The notes beneath the pieces were generated by a model, which was not told the origin of the DNA, searched no databases, and worked only from the letters and a program-made list of their open reading frames with translations. Positions 11,988 to 24,913 of a DNA stretch of 64,000 bases are shown piece after piece. Each line of letters begins with the position of its first letter. The first letter of the stretch is position 1. Made by a program: the position numbers and the translations under genes. This DNA comes from Lytechinus pictus (taxonomy: Eukaryota), in assembly GCF_037042905.1 (NCBI RefSeq), contig NC_087246.1, forward strand, positions 53,692,001-53,756,000. The letters run 5' to 3'.

Positions 11988-14461
11988 GACAGAGGTATAG
12001 ATTTACAATATTGTACGCGTACTTATTTCATGATTACAACCCAATGTTTCCATTCATCTCAGACACCAAAGTAATTTCTGTTTTTAGGTGGTTTCGGTTG
12101 CAAAATCAATCTTAGATTTAAAATAGCTTTGGGTTATTACATTCGGTGGGTTTAAATACCCTTTTTCATACATTCGGATTTATTTATTAGTCTATGCCTT
12201 AATATAGTTTGAACCCCTCCTCGACAAATACAACTCAAATGTTATTACTGGTTATCTAAGTAAATTGAGACTATTATGGGGCTACAATATAATATTTAAA
12301 ATGTCCCTAGATTTTATGTCACATTAGTCTCCGTTTGTTTAATTTACATTTACCAAATTTTGTCTGACATAATTGATTATATATACGATTATATGAATAG
12401 AAATATAAACAAATATATCGAAAGAAAACAAATGTATTTGAATCGAAAACAATGAAAAAAAAATCTTAAAATATATGCGTTTAAGTTATTAATATGATCC
12501 GTAATACTTAGTCTGTCAGCGTTTACTGTGAATAGAAATTATATGTGTTCTTTCCCCTTCAACTCTTATCCTTATTCTTTGTAATAGAAATAAATAAACG
12601 CTGGAGCTTTTGTTCAAATAAAAAAAAAATCATGAATTTTTAAATTCATTTTTTCATATAGTCTGAATCAGAAGTGTTTCTGTGAACATTTTGCTACGCG
12701 TAGAAATTAATAAAACTTACAGTAATCCGTGGAACTGTTTTATAATGTTAAGGACTAAATCAACCCCCATCAATACCATGATTACGATCGATTAAAGTTG
12801 ACGAGATTTTAAGTTACAAAAAATAGTTAGGCATTTATCCCTAATATGCACTGGTAAACAATCTACATTTCATCATCGAATAAAATGAGAAGGGAGAACA
12901 GAAAAAATGCAAATAAATAGTTACTTCACGATAATAAAAACAATTCATGACATAAAACTAATGAGTAATGTTTACCATTTCCTAAAACGAAGTACCGTAT
13001 ATATGATAAACTCAATTATATAATTGCTCCATTTACACAGATTTCCCCAACCAATTTAGTCAGAGGGAAACGGTAAAGGACTGTACAATCATGACAATAG
13101 TATAATTATACGAGTCAATATTCAATCATAGCTCGATGATTGTTCAGTATCGACCTCTGTGTATTGTTCTGATCACGACGTCTGACCCTGCTCGCGATAT
13201 CATCACCGCAAACTCCATTGATACAATTTGAATGGAACTTTTTATTGGAATTATTTCTGCGTCCACTAGTATAACGTTCCATATTTCTTATTGGTCGTTA
13301 ATATTTGAGTCATTTTAACGAGTTTGGAACCATGCGAAATTGTGTTGAAAGTCATTAAATATTTTTTGAAAAATGTTTTGAATTTATTTCGTTGAGTTTA
13401 CATTATAATGTAGCCGATTCTCGTCAACATTGTCATATCATATTTTAACCTCAATTACTCAAATTTTGGATGTGGACGAAATCTTACACTGCATGCTAAT
13501 TATATATATATATATATATCTATTTTAGAAAGACCGATTCATATTATATTTAGGCCTATAAATATATGCAATTTGTTACGAAATCTGGCGTCACATTTTC
13601 GGCGTTATCATCCCTTTTTCGTTCAGAAATTTAATTTCTTGAATTTCAGACTTCGATCAAGTCGTATTCTGAAATGTATTCCAATGGATGATTTATCACA
13701 CAATAATAAAATGTTAGTTATTTTGAAGTTTCATAAAATGGAGTGGACTAATATAGAAAATAATCATGTATGATAAATAACGCAATAATTAACCATGTGA
13801 CGTAGAAGCAGGACGTATCTGTTTGACCAATGAGCAACAGAAAATATGGTCTAATGTTTCAGATATTCGCAAACTGTCAAAATCAATCTGCATCTCATAT
13901 CCTATGATTATGATCATGAAAATATCAATGCCTTATTATATGGAAGGCCTTTTTAATATGGGAACGAAAACAATTTGCGTGAATATTTAGCGTGAGACAC
14001 ATTTTGTAAACCACGAGGTATTGCACGGTAAGTGTTGTCCGAAAACTTATGAAATCTAATAAAGATTGATAACAATTCGTCATCTCATTAAGATAGACGA
14101 GGTTTGACATGATTTTCATTTCATAGGACTATACTTTTACTGATAAACTAGATTCATAAGAGAAATTGAATCTTTAGGAGAAGAGAGGGAGTGGAAATTG
14201 AAATGTCAAGACACGGCTTAGTAACGAGAGTCCTTTGCTTGAACGAACCCTTTCCAGAGAAGGTAATGCAAGCTTATCGGCTGCTCGTGTATATGAGCAA
14301 GCGTCAAACAAAATCTCCCTTTCCACAAGTATAGCTCCTCTCTTCCCTCCCTTTACAACAAATGGACGCACCGTCCCGACACACATCACATCTCCCCCTA
14401 TTATTCGTACATACTCTTCGTAAAGTCACAAGTAAAAGACACAAACAACTCTAAAACTTAC

Positions 14462-14760
14462 CGGGTTTTTTGGTCGTATTTCTCGGAGAATCACAACGTC
14501 GCACGTCTCTCTCGCAAGTAAATCGCAGCGATTTTGGTGCAAAATACGTGTGGGGCTCATGAACCCAGTCGAATGATGGCGAAGAGTGGAGAATTCAGGG
14601 CCGTTGGCGATCAGAAAGCGCTGGCGGGCATCACGCACTGCGCGGGTCTCGCGAGAACCGGCATAATTACAAATCTTGCCTCCGGCCACGCCGTGGCATC
14701 CACTGTTCTCTTTCTTACGGCAAACAACAATACACAGGCCTACCGTCCATGCTTATATTA
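14462..14760 (-). promoter_or_regulatory. CpG-rich island with candidate promoter / first exon
   Basis: Palindrome TCTCGCGAGA at 14647-14656 and high CpG density. Consensus donor CCG|GTAAGT on minus at 14461, followed by T-rich sequence. Confidence 0.35.
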
Positions 14761-17700
14761 AAAGTGTATAGGCTTACAGAGTCGGGGTTACAGGGGATAT
14801 GTGTCCCCAGGTTCTTTCTTCTCCCCTTTTTATCTTCCCCTCTTGTACAAAAAAAAACCCAGAGTGAAAAAAAAACTTTTTCCGAGTCGATTCAGCTAAG
14901 TGGGCGATCCGTGTTTGTAACAGGTATAAGGCAAGTGAGTTGGTTTTGAGCAACAATAGCACCGCTCCAAACAGTTGCAGTTTGTTAACTTTATGCCGTA
15001 AGTCAACAAATGGTACATATCTTTTGACTACTGGGATGTCAGCAGTGGCAACTTGGAATTCAAACTCGTGGTTCAAGTCTCCATAGTCGTCATTCGTTTT
15101 GAAAGTATCAAAATCATTGATATCACATAATTGTCTTAGGGTTTTTAAGCAGAATGATGGGGCCGTGTCCGGATTGTCCTATCCTGAACTCCCGTGGTGT
15201 ATATACGCCGAGTTTTTACTGTGTATTCGTCAGGCCATCCTGATTGCTGCCCGCCCCCGGCCAAATACGGGTCAGTCGACGAAGGAAAAATACCCGCGAC
15301 AGGAAAAAGAAGTAAGGGTTGAATTTTTCAGAACGGATTAATCCTTGAGGCAAAACAAGAATGAAAAAGCATGCCGAACAAACCCGAGATACCTAAACTT
15401 TAGAAAAGACTTCTGCTGCAGCCCTCCACGCCTTAGGGTAGCCACATCACAGCTGTCTCCCTACACTCCTCGCCTTTTCCTTTTCTTCCTCATTTTTTCT
15501 CACGTCTCTCCCCGTTTCTCTATCCCTCTCATGAGCTCTCTTCTCCACCCCCTTCTTACCACCTTGTTTCCCTTTCTGCCTGATTCTTATGTCGATACTA
15601 CCCCTCTCTCTTTACTTTCCTTTTGATTTTGCCATTAATGTAAGTTTTTCCCCCTAAGTTTGCCATTACGATGTTGTTATTGATAGTCTTGCTAACGGAG
15701 CCTCGCGGGAAGCTCCGGGGGTTTGTATCGTGTATCAGCGCTGTGCGGGTTGGCCTGTGACTTTCATACCCAGTAAGAATGTTCGATAATGAACCCGAAG
15801 GAGGGCTCCAGCAAATGGGAAAAATAATAAGGTGGAAATGTCTCCTGATGAAAAGCAAAGAGAAAAGGACGCCACCGCTCGGCTATTTGAAAGTGAGGAA
15901 ATGCCCCCTACCCATTCGACTTGGATGATTTCAAGATTGTTTACAAGTGGCGCCCTAAACATTTTGTCTTTTCCCGACAAAAGATCGAATAAGACCCAAG
16001 TCCTTTAACCCGTTGGATCCTGATTTAAATGGACTCTGAACACACAGGCTCCTTCATACACAATCCAATAAAATTAGACTATTATACACTATAGCAATGT
16101 CAAAAGTCTCTTCGTTGTTAAGTCCAGATGGCCAATACCGTCACTGGTTATCTTCTGAAGAAGTGAACACCTCGCTTAAAATGTTGCAATGGGATCAAAA
16201 TCGGACCCTTCAAAGGTTGTCATACCATAATACCAATGCAATTCAGCTTTCATATTTAATCAAAAAAGACATTAAAACTACATTTAGAAAGCAGATGATG
16301 AAAAATGTTAACATGACTAAAATGAATGTTCCTAGCTAAACGTGTTCATAGACAACACGAAGATTTGCGATGAATTGCAAATATGAAAGAACCGCACTGA
16401 TTGGTCCCTGGTCAGTATTTTAGACCGAATGCGCGTGTAACATTGATATTGATTGGTCAGTTCATTAAACGATTGATCGTTAATCTTTGTGTTACGGAGC
16501 CCTGATTATGGTATGGTATGTTCTCCATGATAAACATAAGGTATTCATAATAGCTAAAAACTTTACTTCTTCACTTTACAGAACACATGTCAAAGCTACA
16601 TTTGGAAAGCAGATGACGAAAATATTTTTACAACTTGCTGCCTCTTTTTGAAAGTCAGATTCATAGCAACAGTTAATTTTAGTAGTATTTAATAATATTT
16701 GACCCCAAAAATCCATGTATCCGACAAACAAACTTTCGTTTTCATTTAGATTATTTATCTCATGGTTGAGATGGATATTAGGTAGGTGAATAGAATTGTT
16801 AAACATCTTTGCTTTAATACTTTAAAATAATTTTGTTCTATTTTTGTTCTATCATGAACTTTCCATATTTCTCGTCGCCAATAGAAAAGCAACGACAATG
16901 ACCATAATCGTTCGCAGCGCGCTGTAGTGAAATTGATTTTTTGTATAATCATACTGTAAAATTCACAATAACTTCGTTTCGACAGTTTGAACCACCGTCA
17001 TTTGAATTGTCTGTCAATTTATAGTTCTCAACTCGAGAGAGATTGGCGTTTTCAGTAAGGTGAGACGAGAGAAAGCTCTTCTATTGAATCACACACCAAA
17101 GAGATATCAATATTCTTCCACGTTTTCTCATCTTACACTGGCAGTCTCGCGTTGCCATAAATGTATTCCAAAACGATACTCTATCTTGCAGTAAAAAGGG
17201 AGGGAAAAATATGCGTGAAAATTGAAACATAAATCCTTCTATTTTGCGCCGAGTCGGAGGATGGCCAAAATAGGCGCGGTGGAATCGTGCACAATTCATG
17301 TAGATTTATTCATTTACTTATCACGGTGCCAATTTAACATGGTGATCGTTATTTAGTGAGATGGGCACGTGGCGAAGCTAGAGCGATGACTCCCATCATC
17401 TCTAACGCTCTCTTCCTTTCGTTCCCTCTCTCATCTTAACTCCCATGACCTTCCAGATTCCCTTCTTTTTGGATTCCTGTTTTAGTAGTGCTCTTGTTTT
17501 ATTCCCTTTGGTATATATTCATCATGATATTCTTTTTTTGTCTCTCACTCCAAATGATTCCCCATTATTTTTTTTATCATTTCAATCGGTTTCGATTCAG
17601 ATTTACCCATTTTCTTATCTATATATTTTTTCCTCTATACTTCGATTTTTGTTTTAAGATATACCTACTCATTTTATATAACTTCAATTTGGTATATGTT

Positions 17701-18335
17701 TTATTCACATCATTTCAGTACATTTTCAAAGACACTGCATTGCCAGCATTCACTTCATCTCCTCTGTTGTTTTTTTAAATTTATTTATTATCATTTATGT
17801 TTTTATTCACACTTTTGTCAGTACCCTTTCAAAGACACGACATTATCAGTATTCGCTTAAACACTCCTCTGCATGGCTGTGTTTTTTTAATGGTTTATTC
17901 ACATTTATTTCAGTAACTTTCAAAGACATTACATAATCAGCATTCACACCCTCCTCTTTTATTACTCCGTCTCTCTCTCTGCAATTTTCAATATTTCTGC
18001 TAATATAATTGTATGGATTTTTATTATGTCTTTTTTCATCATTCTTCAATTTTCCTACATTTGTTTACCTTCATTCATTCAGTTTGTGTCTGGTTATGCA
18101 TAATTAGTTAAGTGTGAATTACTGAATCTGACCAAACTTTTTCCATTATTATTCTGTTTGTTCATTCCAGTGTTCAAGACAGCGGGTTTCGTGCACTTTT
18201 TTTTTCTTGACGCAACTAAACCTAAATTTCAAGGTGTTCCCCAATCAATATTCTATTCTCATCTGAATGTCTCTTCTTCTTTTTTTTCTCTCTCCCCTTT
18301 GTTTTTTCGCACCCCTCTCCCCCCCCCTCTTACTA

Positions 18336-18372
<37 letters not shown>

Positions 18373-20993
18373 ATATATATTTAATTATATACATGTATAT
18401 ATCCATCTCTCTCTGTGTGTATCATATTAAAACCATCATGGTGTATATTGCCTCCCACCTCCCTCCCTCGATTTCTCTTGTCTTTCCTTGCTCTATCCTT
18501 CCCTCAGCGACATCATCTAAAACCTCTTAAGAATTGCATTTAGATGGAATATTGAGTTTCTGTCTCGGAGTAGGAGTAACTGTCGTTTTGTCAACACGTC
18601 ATCATGATCGTATGGAGAGGGTGTTTTATGACAGAGTGGTGTAACACACGTCCGGTCCGTATTTCCTTTACAATCTTCAACTCAGAAGTGGATAGTAGTT
18701 GTCGGGAGAACCGAGGACAGTCTGCTCACTTCCATAAGTGATACTTTGCATAGGAAAGACACTTAGACCTCCGCTTTGCTGATGAATTGTCATGGTAATA
18801 ATGCTTAAGTGAGTCTTAAATGCTTGTGTTGAATCAAAGTAACAAAGTAAATCAATATGCAAACAATGCTATTTAAAACAGGACAAATAAAAGCACAAAA
18901 CTGAGGTTTTCATTTCAGGGTATGTCATAAAAGCTCCCAGAACATTCTGAAAAGCGACTATACAGCACCTGCAAGTATAGGAACAAGATAGCCTTGCAAA
19001 AATGGCGGCCAAAAATACGAGGACAACGAGCCCGTATCTTCAAGTGAAAGCTATCCTCCAAAATCGTGTGTTCACTTTCGATATAGAACCAATATAGGTA
19101 ACGAGAGAAAACATTTTGATGCAAACCTTGCAAGCTAATCAGACCGCGTGTAGCCCGGGGCGTCGCCCGTGGCGTTGCTTATCCGAGGTTGTTTGGCGCC
19201 GAGCATAATGTTACATGGTAAACATTGCGAAGCCCCATCAATACGGAAACGGTCGCTGGCCAAACCGTTTACAAGTGGACGGATAAAAAAAGACGTGCTC
19301 CTCCGATATCTGACGGGTTAATTTCATGGTGGCAATGATGGATAGTGGGCTGGCATAGGGCTTGGGGAAATATGCTTTAAAAGAAGTTAATCGCGTGTGC
19401 ATTTAAAGGGAGATCAAACCTCATAATATACTCCGAGTCGAGCGATATTACAAATAAAACGTTTGCGGATCATGATGGTGTAAATGCAAAAGGTGAATTT
19501 AGAGAAGAGACAAGAAGGGTCCAAGTTTGCATCATTTTACAGGTCGACGTTGACGGGATTTTTTTTTTGCGGGGGGGGGGGGCTGGAGATTGGGCACCGC
19601 CCCCCCCCCCCCCCCCCCAAAAAAAAAAAAAAATGAAATAAAAAGAAGAAAAAACTTATATTTGTTTTGAATCATATTTATGTGTGTACAATTATTTCTC
19701 ATATTTCGTTAAATATGTATTTGTCGGGTTAGATATTTGACATGCCAAAGTCATTTGAAAATACAACTTTTGGGGGCTTCTCGAAAACTTTTACCCTCTC
19801 AAATATCACCTATATCACGGATTTGACAGCTTCGTAACGGGAAGGCCAGATTTGTCAAAGTGATGTCTTGTCAAGCAATGACTATCTTAGTACATACGAA
19901 AACCTATACATTGCAAGTAGAATATATTGTCATTCATTTCTGTCATCAAGTGTTATTACCTATATAGCCCCGAGGAATATCACTTAGCAGATATATAATA
20001 AAAACAATGTTTGTTTATGAGAAGAGGATGATCAATTGTCTCATGTGGTGACGTCATGACAATCAAACCCAATTTTGAGATTTTACACGATCACGAGATT
20101 TGCAATAACCCAAAGCAAGGAACAATTCGACAATATGCCAGTGGCAATTATTATTTGTTCCTGTAATAATTGTGTCTTATAACGTTCACATATTCTAATC
20201 ATGTGTTTGGCAAGGATATTTTAACTAGCTAACTGCAGTGGATTTATAGCGACTTTATGATCGTATTGATCTAAATTTCAAATGGAAACTAATTTCTTCT
20301 AAATGCTGATGAGTAAAATTCTGTTGCATTTTAAAGTACACAACATTTATGATTATAAAATATCCGTTATATGTTCACTTATGTGAAAACAAATGTCCCG
20401 AGATACTTACGTAAATTCACCGAGGGTCATTTAAGATAAACAGTTACTTTTACTTTTATTATTGATTACATCATTGTATGGATTGTATGGATATCTTAAA
20501 AATTTCAACCTCAATTAAAACCAATGGTAATTGCTCTTCTTTCTATACAGCAAGGGTCCTAGAAGTTGTAGATAAAAAGTAGATAAAGAGTTGTAGTATA
20601 AAATCAAATACAATCTTCATTATATTCCACATCATTTAAACGTTGCCATCTCATAATCATGTGAAGTGAATTACGTGATATTATAAGTGTATTTAAGTGT
20701 CATATTTTTCTAGGAATATGTGTTTTCTACAATTACTATATTTTTATGTGGAAAACAAAACAAATAGTCGCCTAATGGATAAGACAAACTATCATTTTCA
20801 CAGCAAAAATGTTCTTTAGTCTGTTTCCCCAGCTTCTCCTCGGGAAGATATAGCTACGTCCATATCGCCTTGGAAATGATGGAGTTTTTTTCCAATCACT
20901 TTCACCAACATTGCTTTCACTTCTAGGCAAGTTTATGCAGTATGATATTCACATTTAAAATTTCGTGCAAAAATGTGTTTACCTCACCTATAA

Positions 20994-21420
20994 TGGAGCG
21001 TCGTGGCCCTGTGGATTAGTCTCCAGACTTTGAAACAGAGGGTCGTGGGTTCAAATCCCAGCCATGGCGTAGTTTCCTTCAGCAAGGAATTCATCCACAG
21101 TGTGCTGCACTCGACCCAGGTGAGGTAAATGGGCAGTGGCGGACCGTGACCCGGAGGAGACAATTGATTGGAGGGGCACTGTAATGTTTTTGTGAACACT
21201 GCTGTGCCCCTCCAATGCTTTGTCTCCTCCGGGTCACGGTCCCCCACTGTAAATGGGTACCGGCAGGGAGTAATTCCTCTAAAAAGATGTGTCCACCTGA
21301 ATAGGTAGCCTAGCTCAGCCGGGTAATAATAATAGCAGGGCCCGCTGGGAGAACGGTTTTCGGAACAGAAGTGGCTATCCTGGGTAAATATACCGTTATT
21401 ATAATTATTATTATTATTAT
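20994..21420 (+). mobile_element. tRNA-derived SINE, family B (CORE-like domain), interrupted by a MITE
   Basis: A/B-box head, CCTTCAGCAAG...AAATGGGTAC core, shared stem-loop tail and (TTA)n. Colinear with 24541-24836 apart from the 116-bp insert. Confidence 0.9.
21134..21249. mobile_element. 116-bp hAT-like MITE with 8-bp TSD TAAATGGG
   Basis: 46-bp TIRs CAGTGGCGGACCGTGACCCGGAGGAGACAA... with 4 mismatches. TAAATGGG at 21126-21133 and 21250-21257. The SINE copy at 24541-24836 lacks the insert. Confidence 0.92.
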
Positions 21421-22782
21421 GCAATATAGATTTTATTTATTAATCAATCTTCTCCTGCATGGTTCCATGCTTTCCATTCTCCTAATTTTCAGAGGGAATA
21501 GAAACCCAGTGTTGATAATTATTTTGACAGTTGATCAGAGTTAGCGTCCTCTTGTGTCTCATACTAAATACCTTTAAATACAGTATCTTGTATACTATAC
21601 ATTTAGTTATGTTATATAAAATGCTATAGATTCACATTATGTGTTGATACTTTCGTCCATATACTTGAGAAAGAGAGAAGGGGGTGACCATTTAGTCGGG
21701 AACCCGACATTATTTGCTTTATTTCTTGATTTGAGTTCTTACGCATGAATATATTATATCGCATCTTTAATACCCTCTTTCATTTTCATGTAACATCGAA
21801 TTCAATTTAAAAAGAATTATTCTAGATTTACCAAAAGACTTGATACAGGCTTTGAAAGAAGCCTTAAATCTTAGATATCTCAAGATAGCCAAGTATTAAT
21901 GCCAAATATCAAAAGCAAATCCGAATTTTTATTTGCAAATTTATACAAATGAAATAATACGATTTGCAAATGCGCGCCCCCTTCTTTTCATGACAATAGT
22001 TGACTTGTTTTACACCGTAAAATTCTATAATGTCAGATATGTGTTTTGGGGCTATAGATAAGAGAGTGCACAATAAAGCAACGGAGTATGCAGGAATGCA
22101 TATTATCATGTGGAGTTTGTATTCGAATTGCCCAAGGCATTGCCTACGGTCGTGGCTGGGGCTTTTTCAAAGCAAGAGCTAAAACCTAAAAAGGTCATTT
22201 GATGACAGCAATCTCGTTTTACATAAATATGAAATATGATTAAACGAACTGTGTATAGATTATGAGTAAAATCCCATTAAATCGAAAAGGGCATTATTTG
22301 TTTATGGTAAAAGAGAGACGTTTAATCAAATTGGGAATGATCTGAGTTTCATTATATTATAATGGTGTGATACATGTAGTCATCGTTTTTCTATACTCGA
22401 AATTACATTTGTGTAGAAATTATGTCAACCATACAAATCTTTAAAAAAAAATCACACAGAACAGATAACAAAAAATAAACAAAGCATTGCTAAACTTTGT
22501 TACTTACGATGAATAAATGGAATACTCATGCATGTCACGAGTAATAAATGTGTAGTAGCAGCGGATGATCGAGAAAAACAGGAACGATGGTAAATTGAAA
22601 AGACAAGAATGGAGAGAAAAAAGAAGGAAATCAGGAGGAATTAGTATACTAATAGAATCCAGAATAGAGGAATCGTCAGTAAATGAATAAAATGCGCTTG
22701 CGCCAATTGCGTTCTGTCACGTGACATCGCATTTCTGACCAATAGCGTGTGGCCGCCTAAATATTTTATTAACATAACTTAT

Positions 22783-22888
22783 GGGGTGTTGCAAGAGACT
22801 TGCGTTTGATCGTATAAATCGTGCTTTATAAACGCAAATCTGCAGTTGATTTGCAATCAATGGCAACTTGGTTTTCTTGCAACGTCCC
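22783..22888. mobile_element. Short MITE
   Basis: TIRs GGGGTGTTGCAAGA / TCTTGCAACGTCCC. Confidence 0.6.
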
Positions 22889-24060
22889 ACTAGTGGTTTC
22901 TCATTGGAGCTCTCCTATAGTAATGCCAATACAAATGTCATAAAATAAAATTGGAAAAACGATCTTTTCGAGTTGCTCTTCCAATTTCTACCCCCCCCCC
23001 TCTCTCTCTATCTATCCGTCTCTTCTGTTCTGTTAAAAGTATAGCGCAATTATTTTGAGGTACATAATAGGGAGATCGTTTTCAGTATGTTCTTGGCATT
23101 GTTTATGTTTTAGTCTTAACAATGTTTACATTTAACGTTCATTCGGCTATTACTGGAATTTGAACTTGCGATTAGTTTATTGATATTTTTTCACTCAGTC
23201 GACAATAAATCTAATGCGACACTAATGCTACACTACTTGAACTTTGAATACTGCGAACAACATTAATGTCAGCAGATATAGGTTTCAGTAGCAAAAATCT
23301 GTAGTCGGTGCAACACTTCAAAACTATTTAAAATACTGTTTCAATGTTGATATCGAGATTGAATTTGGGCTCGTAACAGCTCACATGCAGTTGGTGAATA
23401 ACTTCCCAATGTCTGTATCTAATTCCGAGTGTTGAATAGATTATTCCTTGAAGGGACCAATTAGCGTCTCATCACCATACACATCCGTCTATCACCCGGG
23501 CGCTATTGTGAGGAAAAACGAAGATGCCTAAAGGTTTAACATGACCTATATACATGTACATCGCACAAAGATATAGGGGGAGGGGACATAGGTTCAAAGA
23601 CGGGAAGGTCACGGGGTACATCCCCTTCAACAATAATTTCCTGTCATCTACGTGTTAGAGTTTGGTTTAGGTTTCATGTTATTGCCTGATTATGACGGTA
23701 ATACGTCATTCATATCATAAGGATACAATATTGAGAGGGAAATTCTTATCACATCAAACATGGTATTCAGTTGTGACTGTTTTGGGTCTTTTAAAGGTCC
23801 TATGATGGCGCTATTCTTTAAGTTTAAATGAAACTATGTGGGAAAAGATCTTTGACGATAGTGAAAGGAAGGGGGAACTAAAAAAGGGTAGTTACTAACT
23901 TTCATGATTTTTATGTCATCTTTTGTGAATGCTGGAACCGTATATGTCATTTCCACTGAAATATAGAGGACATCCAGGCCCTATCTAACCCAACAGTGTG
24001 TTTCTGTAGATTTGGAAACCTATATACTGTAAGCCAAAAATGTTAAAATGCATGCTGTTG

Positions 24061-24160
24061 GCGAGGTGCCGTGGCTGAGAGCTCTAATGCGCACGACTAT
24101 ACACCACGAAAGTCCGGGTTTCGATTCCCGGCACTGCCCTTGACCAAGGCACTTTATCTA
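24061..24160 (+). mobile_element. Degenerate tRNA-SINE head with CORE-like motif
   Basis: GTGGCTGAG...GGTTTCGATTCCCGG followed by CCTTGACCAAGGCACTTT. Confidence 0.55.
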
Positions 24161-24359
24161 AATGATGAATATGCTTTATGCTTTATTGATACCAACGTGT
24201 GCACATGACTTTGTATTAAAAAAAGGATGTATAATTACCTTAATATAGGTGTGAACACTGCAAGTTCTTCTTTAAAATTGCGACTTTAAGCAAAATCTAA
24301 CGGTTACAGAACTAGCAGCAGCAATTTTCAAAATCAATTGATTTCATAACTGCGTGCTG

Positions 24360-24913
24360 GGCCCCGTCTTAGGAGTTACGATTGATCGGATAAATCTCAA
24401 GTATATGGAAATCCATCAATGTCATAATTGTTCAATGTCCATTGAAAACAAAGAGAAGCATACTGAATTGTCAAGAAAACAATGAATGTATGAATACACG
24501 TCATTTCTATAAAATATCTGGAACAAACATGTATTTTAGATAATAATAATAATAATAATACAGGTATATTTACCCAGGGAAGCCGCTTCAGTTCCGAAAA
24601 CTGTTCTCCCAGCGGGCCCTGCTATTATTATTACCCCGGCTTTAGCTGGTCTGCCTAGGCGCTCAAATCATTCAAGGAATTTCTTCCTACCGGGTACCCA
24701 TTCATCTCACCTGGGTTGAGTGCAGCACAGTGTGGATAAATTTCTTGCTGAAGGAAATTACGCCATGGCTGGGATTCGAACCCACGACCCTCTGTTTCAA
24801 AGTCCGAAGACTAATCCACTGGGCCACAACGCTCCACATCCAGATGTTGACGTTGTTGGCTTTCCATAGCTGCGATTGATCGGATTAATCGTAACTCTTC
24901 GTAAGACGGGCCC
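24360..24913. mobile_element. PIF/Harbinger-like MITE (CTG TSD) hosting a SINE
   Basis: TIRs GGCCCCGTCTTA..GAGTTACGATTGATC / GATTAATCGTAACTC..TAAGACGGGCCC. CTG at 24357-24359 and 24914-24916. Confidence 0.75.
24541..24836 (-). mobile_element. tRNA-derived SINE, family B, full length
   Basis: Reverse complement matches 20994-21420 from head to (TTA)n tail. Confidence 0.9.

Noticed and set aside
16273-16630. Local ~35-bp imperfect direct repeat (CTACATTTRGAAAGCAGATGAYGAAAA at ~16278 and ~16596)
   Set aside because: Real but short; too long for a TSD, with no associated coding or structural signal.
19559-19633. T-run/G-run ... C-run/A-run foldback
   Set aside because: Homopolymer runs typical of decayed MITE subterminal regions and prone to sequencing error; no specific structure can be claimed.
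20984-21424. 146-aa ORF, one of the longest in the track
   Set aside because: Antisense reading of a SINE plus MITE; no domain motifs.
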